Virus record (IMG/VR): IMGVR_UViG_3300044729_003129
Coordinates: 32,001 to 96,000 of that record
DNA: 64,000 nt
DNA from: a virus
Strand: one strand, 5' to 3'
Part shown: in pieces, positions 18,925-27,869 of the stretch
Layout: the number at the start of each line of letters is the position of its first letter
Numbering within the stretch: the first letter of the stretch is position 1
Notes under the pieces: model-generated
The model's database searches: none
The model's input: the letters and a program-made list of their open reading frames with translations, nothing else
What the model was told of the DNA's origin: nothing
Position numbers and translations under genes: made by a program

Positions 18925-20479
18925 TTGCAAAAAATCCAAGTAATGGAGTAGCGTAGGACTCGATCATACGAGCAAGGTCACCATCAGATACTTCAACGCC
19001 GGCAGCAAGTGCGCCTGCTGCCATATTTAAGCCGCGTGATAGTTTACGAAGGTTAGCACTCTGTTTGCTTTTGCCTTTACGAAGCAAATCAACAACATGC
19101 AAACGAGCTTTTTGATCAAGTGAAAGACCGTCTTCAAGCTTCATATCTCCTACAATCTTTTCCATAAAGTCATAGATTTCAACTTCAGTAGGATCGATGT
19201 TGATGATAAAAGCACGTGTACGTAGTGCACCATCTGGATCAAGTTTGTCAAGGTTAAGGTTTGAGATAAAGATAATTTTGCCAGTAAATTCAAAGTAACG
19301 TGGAATTAATCCTTGATCGATAATTTCGTCATCGCTCATGTCGTCTTCTGGATCAACAACATTTTTACCCATCTTGTTCCAAACGAGCTTGCGAATCTTT
19401 TTGGTATCAGTAGCAGCCTTTAACAGGTTACGAGCTTCTTGATCACCGAGTGCGTCGTCACTGTCATCAAAGAAAACAATATCATTTTTGTAACGGAACA
19501 ACAATGAATAGAGACCAGCAGCACTTGCGGAACCGGTATTTTTAAAATAACCATTGCCATCGCGCAGTCCCATATCAGCAAGTATCTTTTCAGTTGTATG
19601 AGTTTTACCAACTCCACCCTTACCAGAAACAAAGAGTGCATTTGATGCGCCGCTAACAGTAAGTTTAACTAGGTTTTCAAGATCTTTTAGCTGAGCTTCA
19701 AATGATAGGCGCTCACGATCTGCTTCAATTTGTTCTACTTCCGGAGAATAACTGTATTTTTCTTTGGCTGCACCTTTAGAAACGACACCGGCTACGACTC
19801 CAATACGAGCCATAATCTTTCCCTTTTCAGCTTTGATCTGCTTTAGGTCTTTTGCCTTGCCAACCCAGACATACTTGATGCCTTGCTTTTCAATATAGTT
19901 TGGATATGCTGCCGAAAGAGCGTCAAAAATCTTGACTCCAGGAATGCCGTACATGCTGTAAATCTTACTTTTTACAAAGTTTGGGTCAACAAGATAGTCA
20001 GCAATCTCATCAAAAATAGCTTCAAAGTCATGACTGCTACGTGCTTCATTTAGCACTCCTTCATAGAGTGGCACCTCGTCAGGCATAGACATAATCTTGC
20101 CAAGTTCAACAGTGCCTGCAATTATAATATCAGCAACAATTGGCAATGTCTTTACAAGAGAGACACTCTGATCAAATTCAATATGAAATGGAGTTGGGCT
20201 CTTACCATTCCAGTAATCAATAGATGTTAAGTTATTTAGACCAGCGAGCGAGCTTTGCACCCAATTGAAACGAATACTTTGGTTGCGCTTTGTAGTATAG
20301 AGACGTAGTCCAAAACCAGTGCCATTAGAATTCTTGTATTTTTCTAATCCAGGATATTTAAAAAATGTAGTACCAGTCTTTTTCTTAAGGTAGCGTTGAA
20401 TGATGAATGCTGCTTTTTCTACAGATGATGTAGAGAGCGCCTCTGTTAGGTAACGTTTAAATTCGGTTAGTTTTGACAT
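18881..20479 (-). CDS. AAA+ ATPase with CTS-like leader
   Basis: GKGGVGKT, FFDDSD, IFISN, ALRTR; KLTEFKRYLTE; late promoters 20486-20493 and 20507-20514. Confidence 0.8.
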   Translation of the reverse strand: MSKLTEFKRYLTEALSTSSVEKAAFIIQRYLKKKTGTTFFKYPGLEKYKNSNGTGFGLRLYTTKRNQSIRFNWVQSSLAGLNNLTSIDYWNGKSPTPFHIEFDQSVSLVKTLPIVADIIIAGTVELGKIMSMPDEVPLYEGVLNEARSSHDFEAIFDEIADYLVDPNFVKSKIYSMYGIPGVKIFDALSAAYPNYIEKQGIKYVWVGKAKDLKQIKAEKGKIMARIGVVAGVVSKGAAKEKYSYSPEVEQIEADRERLSFEAQLKDLENLVKLTVSGASNALFVSGKGGVGKTHTTEKILADMGLRDGNGYFKNTGSASAAGLYSLLFRYKNDIVFFDDSDDALGDQEARNLLKAATDTKKIRKLVWNKMGKNVVDPEDDMSDDEIIDQGLIPRYFEFTGKIIFISNLNLDKLDPDGALRTRAFIINIDPTEVEIYDFMEKIVGDMKLEDGLSLDQKARLHVVDLLRKGKSKQSANLRKLSRGLNMAAGALAAGVEVSDGDLARMIESYATPLLGFFAISLAALHVASSVFC

Positions 20480-20517
20480 ATAAGCTATTTATAATAATAT
20501 TTGTATTATTTATAAAA

Positions 20518-21687
20518 TTACACCTTTATGTCACTATAATCTCTATTTTTTCGTTGACTATTAAATGGAGTGCTTACTACTGGAGAACTATCACCATCAT
20601 TGGTAATATTTGCCATAGGATCTGAAATATCATATAGTCTCATCTTGGAAAGATCAATTCCAATAGTAAATCGTTTATTGCTTGTTGGATCATTATAACG
20701 ATTCTTGAGTTGCTTAACCATAATCTGATTCATTTTGTCAAGTTGTTCAGTTCGAATAAATGCAAGCATCAAATCGGCCGTTGCGGGAAGTCCAAACGAT
20801 TCTGAGGTGTCAGTAATTTCTACATCTGAATTATTAAATCCTCCGCGAGTGACCTGAGTGGCACTCCAGATTGGAACATTAAACTCTACAGCAAGACCGC
20901 GAAGCTCCTCAGCAATACTCTTGATAAAACTATAGGTGTTGATGCTACCACTTAATCCTTTAACACGTGAAGATGCACAAATATTAAGATAATCTACATA
21001 TATGATATCGGGTTCAAACTTCTTTTTAAGTTTTAATTCGAGCAGCAGTGCTCTAAAGTGACCAACATGTGCCGCTGCAGTTGGATATTCCTTCACAATA
21101 AGTTTTCCATGAGTGCGTTTAGAGATGTCCTCTACACGAGAATGAAATTCGCGTTGAGACAGGTCTTTGATTTTATCAATTCGTATATCAAGCAAATTAG
21201 CATCAATACGTTCTGCAATACGCTCTTCTGCCATTTCAAGAGTAATATACAAGACATTTCGCCCTTGGGCAAGAGCAGCAGCAGCCATGTGACACATGCC
21301 TAAACTCTTGCCACAACCAGTGTTATGAGAAGAAACTCCATCGGTATAATAACGATGATTTTCATGATCAACAGTAATATCTACAATCGGTATTTGATTT
21401 CCTGTTTTTGTAACTATACCAATTTGATAACCGTCCTCAGTTAAATATTTTTGTTTTTTATGAACTAAATCTTTAGCATATTTCCAACCATCAATGGTTT
21501 CAAATAAATGATTTTCATTAACTCTAATAATTTTGCCGCTATTAAGCAATAAAACATATTCATCCCACATTCCTTTATCAATAAATGCTGACACAGGAAC
21601 ATATCCATCTGGAGAATGCACTTCTATTGAATAACCTTCGTTTAAAAGTGTTTCGATTTCTTTAATTGCAATAACTTTTTCTGTCAT
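20518..21687 (-). CDS. 41: gp41 replicative helicase, C-terminal part preceded by split-intein C-fragment
   Basis: IntC ending GVSSHN then TGCGKS, ITLEMAEE, KEYPT, VDYLN, SATQ, SESFG, QLKNRY. Confidence 0.93.
   Translation of the reverse strand: MTEKVIAIKEIETLLNEGYSIEVHSPDGYVPVSAFIDKGMWDEYVLLLNSGKIIRVNENHLFETIDGWKYAKDLVHKKQKYLTEDGYQIGIVTKTGNQIPIVDITVDHENHRYYTDGVSSHNTGCGKSLGMCHMAAAALAQGRNVLYITLEMAEERIAERIDANLLDIRIDKIKDLSQREFHSRVEDISKRTHGKLIVKEYPTAAAHVGHFRALLLELKLKKKFEPDIIYVDYLNICASSRVKGLSGSINTYSFIKSIAEELRGLAVEFNVPIWSATQVTRGGFNNSDVEITDTSESFGLPATADLMLAFIRTEQLDKMNQIMVKQLKNRYNDPTSNKRFTIGIDLSKMRLYDISDPMANITNDGDSSPVVSTPFNSQRKNRDYSDIKV
21322..21687 (-). mobile_element. Split intein C-fragment (122 aa)
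   Basis: Block B-like VNENHLF, GWKYAKDL, block F VDITV..H.YY, block G SHN/T. Confidence 0.88.
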
Positions 21688-21701
21688 AAAATGTAAGTTT
21701 T

Positions 21702-21709
21702 TATAAATA
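21702..21709 (+). promoter_or_regulatory. Late promoter TATAAATA for the antisense HNH gene
   Basis: Exact consensus upstream of 21739. Confidence 0.65.
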
Positions 21710-21738
21710 TAATATTAGCCGGAACAGTATATAGTCTT

Positions 21739-22554
21739 ATGAAATTTTACTCTCAAATTTATTATAAACTTTGTAATGAAAATGTAAATAATAAAATTCA
21801 TTATTGTAAAGGATCAAATATACATAAACATCATATTATTCCGCGTCATGCTGGTGGAGGAGAAGACGAAAGCAATTTTACTTATCTTAGCATTAGACAA
21901 CATATAATTGCTCATTTTTTGTTGTGGAAAATGCATAGAATGGTTAATGATTTGCGATCAATGCAGATGTTAGGAGCAAAGTTAACGTATGAACAAAGGA
22001 GTATTGTTGGTAAATGGTGCTATGAAAATAAAATAGGAATGTTTTCATTTAGTAAAGAGAAAAAGGCAGAAATTTCACGCCGAAATGGTAAAATGTCAAA
22101 AGAAAAAGAAACTGGTATTCATAATCCGGAAAATTTTTCAAAATTTGCTTCACTTGGAGGAAAGGCTTCGATAATTTCGCCTAATAACCCATGGACATAT
22201 TGGGCTACTCCTGAAGGTAGATCAACACGAGCAAAGTTGGGTGGAAAATCACATCTCGGAAAATTATGGATCCACAAAGATGATGTCATAACACGTTGTC
22301 TGTATAACGAAATTAACGAAAAGATGGATAATGGATGGAAATATGGAATGAAAGATGGCGGAAGGGAATATGTAAACAACGGAGAAAAAACATTTCGAGT
22401 TGAGTCCGATAAAATATTTGACTTATTATTGCGAGGTTGGAAATTGGGAAAAGCGTCTAATTATAAACCAGATCGTAAACGTTCTAAGCATGAACTTTCT
22501 TATGCAGCTTTACTCGAACTTGAGTGTCAGGATGAACACAGCCGGCGAGAATAA
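21739..22554 (+). mobile_element. HNH homing endonuclease (MobE-like) fracturing gene 41
   Basis: HKHHIIPRHAGG..ESN...L..RQH..AH; GGK repeats; lies between the two gp41 halves. Confidence 0.87.
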
Positions 22555-23125
22555 TGTTTAGCGTCTTACGTGGAATGCCTCCGCCAGTAATTGTATTAAA
22601 CATATCCAAGTCAAAGGGAATTTTATCTTCTGTCTTGTGATAAAACTCATAGCGACCATCTACGTTTTCAAGATAATCATGCCCAACGTTTGTATCAAAT
22701 GTTACGCTTAGCGCCTTACTAAGTATACTTGGAATTGCTCCTTCTGCTTTGTCAGGAGACTTGCCATCAATAATAGAAACTGCTTCAATAATAGCAAGAT
22801 GAACTGCTCGATCTTTACACCACTTTTCAGTTTGAACAAGTAACCATTCATGCTCAACTGAAAAATTTTCATTTAACGTTGAGATTGATTGTGCAATTGC
22901 GCCTGCGTCTGTACGACGAGTATGTTCGGACTGTTGAAATTCAATTGCTAACGATGATGAATTTGGGAGTTTATTATACTTTGTTATAAACTGCAATATA
23001 AGACCATATATCGCCTTATGATGTCCTTCAAAATATTCTGGTTTTAGGTGTGGTAGGGTTTTACGACAAAATGCTTCGTTATTGACTAGATTTTTAATTA
23101 TGATGTCTTGAAGATTATTCTCCAT
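22484..23125 (-). CDS. 41: gp41 helicase N-terminal part ending in split-intein N-fragment
   Basis: EKWCKDRA, FDTNVGHDY, NTITGGG..RKTLNIILAG then CVHPDTQV. Confidence 0.92.
   Translation of the reverse strand: MENNLQDIIIKNLVNNEAFCRKTLPHLKPEYFEGHHKAIYGLILQFITKYNKLPNSSSLAIEFQQSEHTRRTDAGAIAQSISTLNENFSVEHEWLLVQTEKWCKDRAVHLAIIEAVSIIDGKSPDKAEGAIPSILSKALSVTFDTNVGHDYLENVDGRYEFYHKTEDKIPFDLDMFNTITGGGIPRKTLNIILAGCVHPDTQVRVKLHKKVHA
22487..22540 (-). mobile_element. Split intein N-fragment (18 aa, CVHPDTQVRVKLHKKVHA)
   Basis: Block A starting with Cys1 in the middle of the Walker A motif. Confidence 0.85.
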
Positions 23126-23432
23126 GGTTTCCTATTTTATATTCTTGGTTTGAAAGTATATCAGATAATACGTCTCCGATATAGTTTTTAAAATCTGCAT
23201 CAGAATGCAATGTTTCTTTATCGCATCCAGTTGGAGTAGACATTATATTATATGCATACGATAATGTACACATTTCTTTTTCTTTGTCTTCATTTATTTT
23301 TATATTTGCATACTTATAGATGGTATCTACATACGGCCCACTAACAAGTCGTATTGCATACACTTTGTTATTTGTAGGGTCATCTACAAATATATAGTCA
23401 GATATTTCGCTCGGCATAAATTTTAATCGCAA
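23115..23432 (-). CDS. Conserved hypothetical protein at the gp40 position
   Basis: IRL.SGPY..TIYKY, FKNYIGDVL; synteny uvsX-41. Confidence 0.55.
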   Translation of the reverse strand: MRLKFMPSEISDYIFVDDPTNNKVYAIRLVSGPYVDTIYKYANIKINEDKEKEMCTLSYAYNIMSTPTGCDKETLHSDADFKNYIGDVLSDILSNQEYKIGNHGE

Positions 23433-24022
23433 GAATTTCCATACTTTTGTGGAAGCCAGACATATGATGAAATTACATACTTTGGGTTAGAGATTGGAGT
23501 TGCACCCTTATGTGGATACATATAATAGGGTGGAAAACAGAGCACATTACCAGCTTCAGGTTTTATTGCAATTTCTGTGCCAATATCAAATAACGTTTCA
23601 CCCCCTTCTGCAACGTCGTTAAGATACCAAAACATTACAACTGCACGTTTACTTGATGGAACATCACAATGATCAGTGTGCCAATCAAAGAGCCCAGTTC
23701 CAGGCTCATAACGTTTTATTCGTGGCGCCTCAAAATCTTGTAGAGGTTCATAACACGGTAAACGATCCTTTAAAATATTACACGTTTTTTCAAGATAGTG
23801 TTTATTGACTGCTCTCATCAACGTCATCATTGGAACCCTAAACTCTTCAAATCCAGGATGATCAAGCATGTTAATCTCTTCAAAATCAAGGATTTTATTT
23901 TTACGATGTACCTTTAAAGGATCATTTTTTGATATTGAATCATATCTCGCAATCAATGCCGCGCACATATCAAGTGGCATCGCGCCTTTTAATAGAAGTA
24001 TATAGTCCGCCAAAGTCTTCAT
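23423..24022 (-). CDS. 2OG-Fe(II) oxygenase (prolyl-hydroxylase-like)
   Basis: WHTD, YLNDV.EGGET.F, FPP...YPHKG, KY. Confidence 0.88.
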   Translation of the reverse strand: MKTLADYILLLKGAMPLDMCAALIARYDSISKNDPLKVHRKNKILDFEEINMLDHPGFEEFRVPMMTLMRAVNKHYLEKTCNILKDRLPCYEPLQDFEAPRIKRYEPGTGLFDWHTDHCDVPSSKRAVVMFWYLNDVAEGGETLFDIGTEIAIKPEAGNVLCFPPYYMYPHKGATPISNPKYVISSYVWLPQKYGNSCD

Positions 24023-24023
24023 A

Positions 24024-25088
24024 TCAGACTTCTTCGTCTTCTACAATTGGGTCTGAATCGCCATCAATCATGTCTCGCAGACCAATTGTATACTTTTGTT
24101 TGATATGTGAGGCAAATGTTGTCTTTGTAAAGATAGTCTCCCAAAATTCTTTTGTCAGCGTTTGTGCTGCGCGAAGGTTTCCTGTAAGTTCAGTTTTTGT
24201 CGCTGGATCGTATGCAGTATACCAGCCATTTTTAGGCTTGACTACGAAACCGCCTTCAAGCGCAATATCAAGCAACCCACTCCATTTTTGAACTCCACCT
24301 TCCCAACTAACGCTGATTGGAATCTTGCTCTTTTCTTTTACAAATCGAGACTTTTCAACATTGATGATAAAGTGATAACCTTGGATTTCAGTGCCATCTT
24401 TATCTTGCTGACGACCAATAATCCAAACATTGTCAGCGCTATACATAATTCCTGTTCCACCGCTCACCACAGCCTTGCTAAACATTTCTTGAGTCTGATA
24501 GGTATGATTGATTGCAAGAAGTGGAATGTTTTTCATTGTCAGGTAGGGGGTTATCATACGAAACAATCCTTTAAGAGCTTTAGCGCGAGTCATATCGGCA
24601 ACACTCTTTTCATTCATCGCATCTTCCAATTCCTTCTTACTTGCAAGATTACCAACACTGTCAATAACAATAATTACTTTATCTTTGCGATCCATCTGCT
24701 CAAGTTGATTAACAATATCAAACTTAAGTTCTTCAATGTTTTTAATTGGAATATGCAGCACTCGCGAAGTGTCAATTCCAAAGCTTTCAAAGTATTGCTG
24801 AGGAGAACCAAATTCGCTGTCATAAAACATAAGGCACGCGTCGGTATGTTTTTTAAGGTATGCACCTGCCATAAGCAATGCAAAGCTCGTCTTAAAGTGC
24901 TTTGATGGGCCGGCAAGTACAGTAAGACCACTCGTCAGACCACCATCAATACTGCCACTTAGAGCAACGTTGACCATTGGCACAGATGTAGATGTAACGT
25001 CTTTTTCAGAATAAAAGTCGCTGTCAGCAAGGACATCAGCTTCTTTAATTCTGCAATTCTTTTTTAATTTTTCAAGTACAGATGACAT
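24024..25088 (-). CDS. uvsX: RecA-like recombinase
   Basis: AGPSKHFKT, YDSEFG, DSVGNLAS, DMTRAK, SGGTG. Confidence 0.96.
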   Translation of the reverse strand: MSSVLEKLKKNCRIKEADVLADSDFYSEKDVTSTSVPMVNVALSGSIDGGLTSGLTVLAGPSKHFKTSFALLMAGAYLKKHTDACLMFYDSEFGSPQQYFESFGIDTSRVLHIPIKNIEELKFDIVNQLEQMDRKDKVIIVIDSVGNLASKKELEDAMNEKSVADMTRAKALKGLFRMITPYLTMKNIPLLAINHTYQTQEMFSKAVVSGGTGIMYSADNVWIIGRQQDKDGTEIQGYHFIINVEKSRFVKEKSKIPISVSWEGGVQKWSGLLDIALEGGFVVKPKNGWYTAYDPATKTELTGNLRAAQTLTKEFWETIFTKTTFASHIKQKYTIGLRDMIDGDSDPIVEDEEV

Positions 25089-25144
25089 AGTTTATTTTTC
25101 CTTTGATATATTATATATTGTTTTTGTGTAAAGTAAACAAGAAA

Positions 25145-26173
25145 TTATGCATTTAGTACTGCATTTAATTCTTGACGTGTGACTTCTTTATTGAGCGGAT
25201 GATTGCGATAAATCGCTTCTCGTTGCGCGATAGCAATTTCAGTCAATTTAGAGTCTGATAGAGTCGCGATGTCAGATGCTCGAATGTTTGCAAGGCTCTC
25301 GTCACGATAATACAACATCATTTCTTTAGGTTCACCAATAAGAATTGACTCTACGTCAGCAATTTGTAGAGGTCGTGCTCTCCACCATCCAGATCCGGCG
25401 TGGAAATATCCAGGCATAAGTATGCCCCATTGTGATGCATAGACATTCATCATTTCGCTTTCAACAACTCTGTCTTGGCCATCTTTACGAGAGCCATATT
25501 GCTTTAGAGGCCAATCTGTTGATTCTACTCCCTGTTTTGCCAACCATTTTTTAGTCTTGTCTTGGACTAGTCCAGCAAAATTAAACACTCGCTGTTTTGG
25601 CTCAGGAAAGAGAGCTGGTGTTGCTTGGCGATTTAAGTGATATGGATTTGGGTTGTATCCAAATAGCAATTCTTTTGGCCAGTCTAATAATAGACTTAGG
25701 TCACCACCAGCAAAGGCGGGCATACACATTCTGTTTGTTTTGCTCTTTATCTTTTCAATTGCTTGAAGAAATACATCTGCATGCGTTTTAATATCACTTG
25801 GAATATTAGTATGACTGTCTACAACAAATTTTCTAAATAACTTAGTTGGATCGCTCAGCGAAGTGATTCCAGAGAAAATACTATCGGTTTGCCAATCATC
25901 AAAAGCAAAAATACAATTTGGATGACGTGATATTGCCCAAAGTGCGTTATAGACAAACCCGGCAAACCCGGCAGGGTTGTGTAAAAACACAAACACCTCA
26001 TCATATTCATCTAAACTTTCACCAATAATAGTAGGACGCATATCAACTGTATGACCCATATCACGAAGCACTCGTGGCAAACTATATTGACACATCGCAA
26101 CCTGCAATTGTTGTTGCAGATAAAAGTCATATGTACATTGTGCTTTATTACAACCAGTAATTAGTATTCTCAT
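25145..26173 (-). CDS. DNA glycosyltransferase, T4 beta-glucosyltransferase-like GT-B fold
   Basis: VLRDMGHTVD..LDEYDEVFV, R..QIADVESILIG and EIAIAQREAI parallel T4 BGT; sits between gp42 and uvsX as bgt does in T4. Confidence 0.6.
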   Translation of the reverse strand: MRILITGCNKAQCTYDFYLQQQLQVAMCQYSLPRVLRDMGHTVDMRPTIIGESLDEYDEVFVFLHNPAGFAGFVYNALWAISRHPNCIFAFDDWQTDSIFSGITSLSDPTKLFRKFVVDSHTNIPSDIKTHADVFLQAIEKIKSKTNRMCMPAFAGGDLSLLLDWPKELLFGYNPNPYHLNRQATPALFPEPKQRVFNFAGLVQDKTKKWLAKQGVESTDWPLKQYGSRKDGQDRVVESEMMNVYASQWGILMPGYFHAGSGWWRARPLQIADVESILIGEPKEMMLYYRDESLANIRASDIATLSDSKLTEIAIAQREAIYRNHPLNKEVTRQELNAVLNA

Positions 26174-26517
26174 GCTTGTGTTTCTTGCTTACGTCTATTT
26201 AAAAAGTCACGATCCGGATCCTGACCATCAATTCCACCACGACACCATGCAACGAGAAAGCTGCCATAGTTAATTAGATCCTTGCCGCTGTCTTCAATAC
26301 TTTCAAAGTTTGGAGTGTAATTTGGATCATTTTCCATGGCTTCAAGAACGCTTGACATACGTAGCACCTTTGCGTGTATAACGTCAAGTATACTCGCTGC
26401 GCCACGTGGATAATAGTCTGCTTGACGAATCCTGCTATGAGGATTTTGATAATCATTCGATTTTTTGAGTTGTAGTTCTGCGCACTCTTCAAGAACTTTT
26501 ATTGATGCTTTTTTCAT
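26170..26517 (-). CDS. Nucleotide-modification-associated domain protein (Nmad1/MazG-like)
   Basis: KKSNDY, K.LR, ESIEDS.KDLINY. Confidence 0.65.
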   Translation of the reverse strand: MKKASIKVLEECAELQLKKSNDYQNPHSRIRQADYYPRGAASILDVIHAKVLRMSSVLEAMENDPNYTPNFESIEDSGKDLINYGSFLVAWCRGGIDGQDPDRDFLNRRKQETQA

Positions 26518-26522
26518 GTTTA

Positions 26523-26648
26523 TTAACCTTGGCCGCGAGAAAGTTTCTTATAGTTTTTACTTTGTTTGAGATGTGAAGTCTTGCTTTTAGCATGAATGCC
26601 TTTACGCTTAATTTTCCTTTGTTGTACTTTAATTCCAGTTTGTTTCAT
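26523..26648 (-). CDS. Small basic protein (41 aa) ending RGQG
   Basis: Manual ORF MKQTGIKVQQRKIKRKGIHAKSKTSHLKQSKNYKKLSRGQG; early promoter just upstream. Confidence 0.6.
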   Translation of the reverse strand: MKQTGIKVQQRKIKRKGIHAKSKTSHLKQSKNYKKLSRGQG

Positions 26649-26692
26649 ATGTGTTATTATATATGGTTTTCAAATTTTGTAAATATCAAAGA

Positions 26693-27436
26693 TTAAGATT
26701 TATTATACAAAATATTATAATCTTTTTTAGAAATGTAGAATTCTCCAGTTTTAGAATAATGATCAATCAAATAATATTGATTTTCGTACGCATGTAGACT
26801 GCCGACTTGCCAAATGATATTTCCTGGGACAATCTTATCGGCTTTTTTGGTACCACAATTATAATCATAGACGAGTTTGTCTTGAACATACTTTTGCCAC
26901 GCATAGTCATTACGATAACCTGCCCAAATATCATTGCTGCGCATCTGTACAACAACTTCAAGCATGTCATCGCGAATAAGATACTGAACTGCATTTGTGC
27001 AAATAAAGTCACTCATTCCGTTTACACACCAATTGCTGTGCATAGACGGTCGTGTATAGATCGCAACTGCTCGACGACTGTTTGGTGAGCGAGTCAACTC
27101 CATCAATACATTTTCATATTGACAATAATTTTCTGAACTAAACATCAAATATCCATAGTTGGAATTGATTTTGCCGTCTCGGCTTGAAACGTCTTGCCAA
27201 ATTTTAGGAACAACACCGGGAATGTCTTTTACATAGAGACTTTGCGAAAGATACCATTCCAACTCGCGTTGAATATAGTCATCGTTAATTTCACCAAAGA
27301 TACTTGGTTCATTGGCACAAAAGCTTGCACCAACAAGCTCGAGTGTAGTGACACCACTCTTATCAACTACAAAATTTTTGCTTTTGTATTGACCTACAAA
27401 ATATTGTCGTATTTGCTCTATTGTCATATTAACCAA
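26693..27436 (-). CDS. 42: dCMP hydroxymethylase (thymidylate-synthase fold)
   Basis: ELEWY.SQ, INSNYG, SDFICTN, MRSND...RNDYAWQ (Asp at the dCMP-specificity position), GSLHAYE. Confidence 0.9.
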   Translation of the reverse strand: MVNMTIEQIRQYFVGQYKSKNFVVDKSGVTTLELVGASFCANEPSIFGEINDDYIQRELEWYLSQSLYVKDIPGVVPKIWQDVSSRDGKINSNYGYLMFSSENYCQYENVLMELTRSPNSRRAVAIYTRPSMHSNWCVNGMSDFICTNAVQYLIRDDMLEVVVQMRSNDIWAGYRNDYAWQKYVQDKLVYDYNCGTKKADKIVPGNIIWQVGSLHAYENQYYLIDHYSKTGEFYISKKDYNILYNKS

Positions 27437-27791
27437 AAATAATTTTGCGAAACGCGACGATTAAACTCAAATGATAGTTGTCTTGCTCTTCAAGAGCTGC
27501 TGTGCGCTCAGAGAGCGCGTCATAATTTTCAGACAACTCGCACTCTATAATTTTATTGACTTGAAGTGGTCGATCATTAGTGATGTATAGATAAACGTCT
27601 GAAACAGCATCTTTGATTGAATGACCATTTTCGATTGAAGACCATGAAATGCTATTAAAACAATCTTGATGTTCAACAAAATCGAGCACCTTTGAAAATA
27701 GTTGATTTTGTAAAACGTCAGTGGTGTGTACATCTGCCTTTGCACAAAACATTGAATAGAGGCGATCTAGAATAGGATGAGTGTCTGTCAT
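27429..27791 (-). CDS. Hypothetical protein
   Basis: 120 aa ORF overlapping the gp42 start. Confidence 0.55.
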   Translation of the reverse strand: MTDTHPILDRLYSMFCAKADVHTTDVLQNQLFSKVLDFVEHQDCFNSISWSSIENGHSIKDAVSDVYLYITNDRPLQVNKIIECELSENYDALSERTAALEEQDNYHLSLIVAFRKIIFG

Positions 27792-27808
27792 ATAGTGATT
27801 TATAAGAG

Positions 27809-27851
27809 AAAGATCCCAGACAGCAATTTAAAATTACCATCTGGGATTTTT
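27809..27851. terminator. Probable intrinsic terminator
   Basis: ATCCCAGA...TCTGGGAT inverted repeat flanked by A/T runs. Confidence 0.5.
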
Positions 27852-27869
27852 AAGAAGCGTCAAATTATA

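Noticed and set aside
21688-22483. Intron or frameshift explanation for split gene 41
   Set aside because: Intein blocks A, B, F and G fully explain the junction, and the intervening ORF is antisense
23423-24022. TET/JBP base-modifying dioxygenase
   Set aside because: Motifs fit the common prolyl-hydroxylase-like phage family; proximity to gp42 alone is not enough
26693-27436. Ordinary thymidylate synthase
   Set aside because: RNDYAW has Asp in place of the dUMP-specifying Asn and closely follows T4 gp42
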